Positions 47,731 through 48,538 of a DNA stretch of 48,538 nt are shown piece by piece. Numbering within the stretch: position 1 is the first letter of the stretch; each line of letters starts with the position of its first letter. The translations under genes were made by a program, and so were the position numbers. Below the pieces are notes generated by a model, which worked only from the letters and a program-made list of their open reading frames with translations, did not search any database and was not told where the DNA came from. The DNA is taken from positions 251,840 to 300,377 of the forward strand of contig RHPI01003491.1 of the NCBI GenBank assembly GCA_009103225.1, in the 5' to 3' direction. This DNA is from Chlorokybus atmophyticus. Its lineage: Eukaryota > Plantae > Mesostigma and Chlorokybus algae.

Positions 47731-48538
47731 CCTCAATTTAAATTTTTAAAACATACGAGCAATGTGCGTGATGTATAAACATGCGATAGTATTACGTAGT
47801 ATTACGGCTAGAGCAAACACTGATTTGATGCCAATATCCGTCTGTTCACGACATCTTAATTTATGTGCACACTTTTTTGTCGCACTTGATTATGTTTTTT
47901 CGCCGAATTTGTGCTTGCAAAACGTCAGTAATGCAGGTACATAAGACGAGTTTGCTGCGCCGGTTGTTGCTGCAGCTTTGCTTGCCTGCCTGCTGCAACG
48001 CTGCCGATGTTAATGGTTGAATGCTCTCAAATTATTGATGTCTTATTTTGGTTTGCTCTATCAACGCTGATCAGGCGCCTCAATGTTGTGTGACTTGCTT
48101 ATTGCTGTATGTTGCGCAATGCTAAAAAATTACGTTAGCTATATATATATAAAGGCCGTAAAAACTTGCTCATTGGCCTGTATACAACGGTTCTGCGTCA
48201 TATATGGGGCATGCAAATGGTATGCATGCGGGCATGCACGCATTTGATTACATGAGGGGAGCAGCTGGTCGGCCCTCAAGTCAATCCAAGGTTGATTTTG
48301 TTTATGCATAACCCGCTGCTTAGCATGATCATCATGCAATAATATTGCTTGTGCCGATGTGATTGCTTATGCGTATGATATGACTTGTGATAATGCTCGT
48401 TAAATACCTCACATATTAATGTTTTACCGTGCATGCTGGTTTGTCTGCACACGTCTCAAGTAGGAAGCAGTAAGATTTATGTAGTCGTATCAATTGTAAT
48501 CGTGTGAAGGTGGCGCCCGCATTACTGCTGCCGTCGCG

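Overview
Eukaryotic genomic DNA, probably from the green lineage (a streptophyte alga or other non-seed plant; inferred from spliceosomal GT-AG genes, a PHI-1/EXORDIUM family gene, plant-type L1 and chromoviruses). Four assembly gaps are present. The window has three parts. (1) A tandem array of a two-gene unit: three intact 9-exon PHI-1/EXORDIUM-like secreted-protein genes on the minus strand alternate with two independently disabled short-chain dehydrogenase (SDR) pseudogenes on the plus strand. (2) A roughly 17 kb transposon nest inside the array: a Plavaka-like transposase remnant, then a decayed minus-strand chromovirus. That chromovirus is interrupted by a TRIM and by a 5'-truncated L1, and the L1 is itself interrupted by a young, nearly intact 6.1 kb chromovirus with a 5-bp TSD and a -1 frameshift signal. 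(3) A distal TE-rich region with a second TRIM, a solo-LTR-like sequence, unexplained repeats, AP2-like fragments and a decayed CRE-clade non-LTR retrotransposon. The most interesting signal is that two unrelated ~530-bp TRIMs share one architecture. Each has a hairpin containing TTTT and a tRNA A-box at the end of the LTR, then the primer-binding site, then a tRNA B-box outside the LTR, and no T4 run internally. This looks like a split RNA polymerase III promoter that assembles only at the 5' LTR. All alignments and translations were done by eye.
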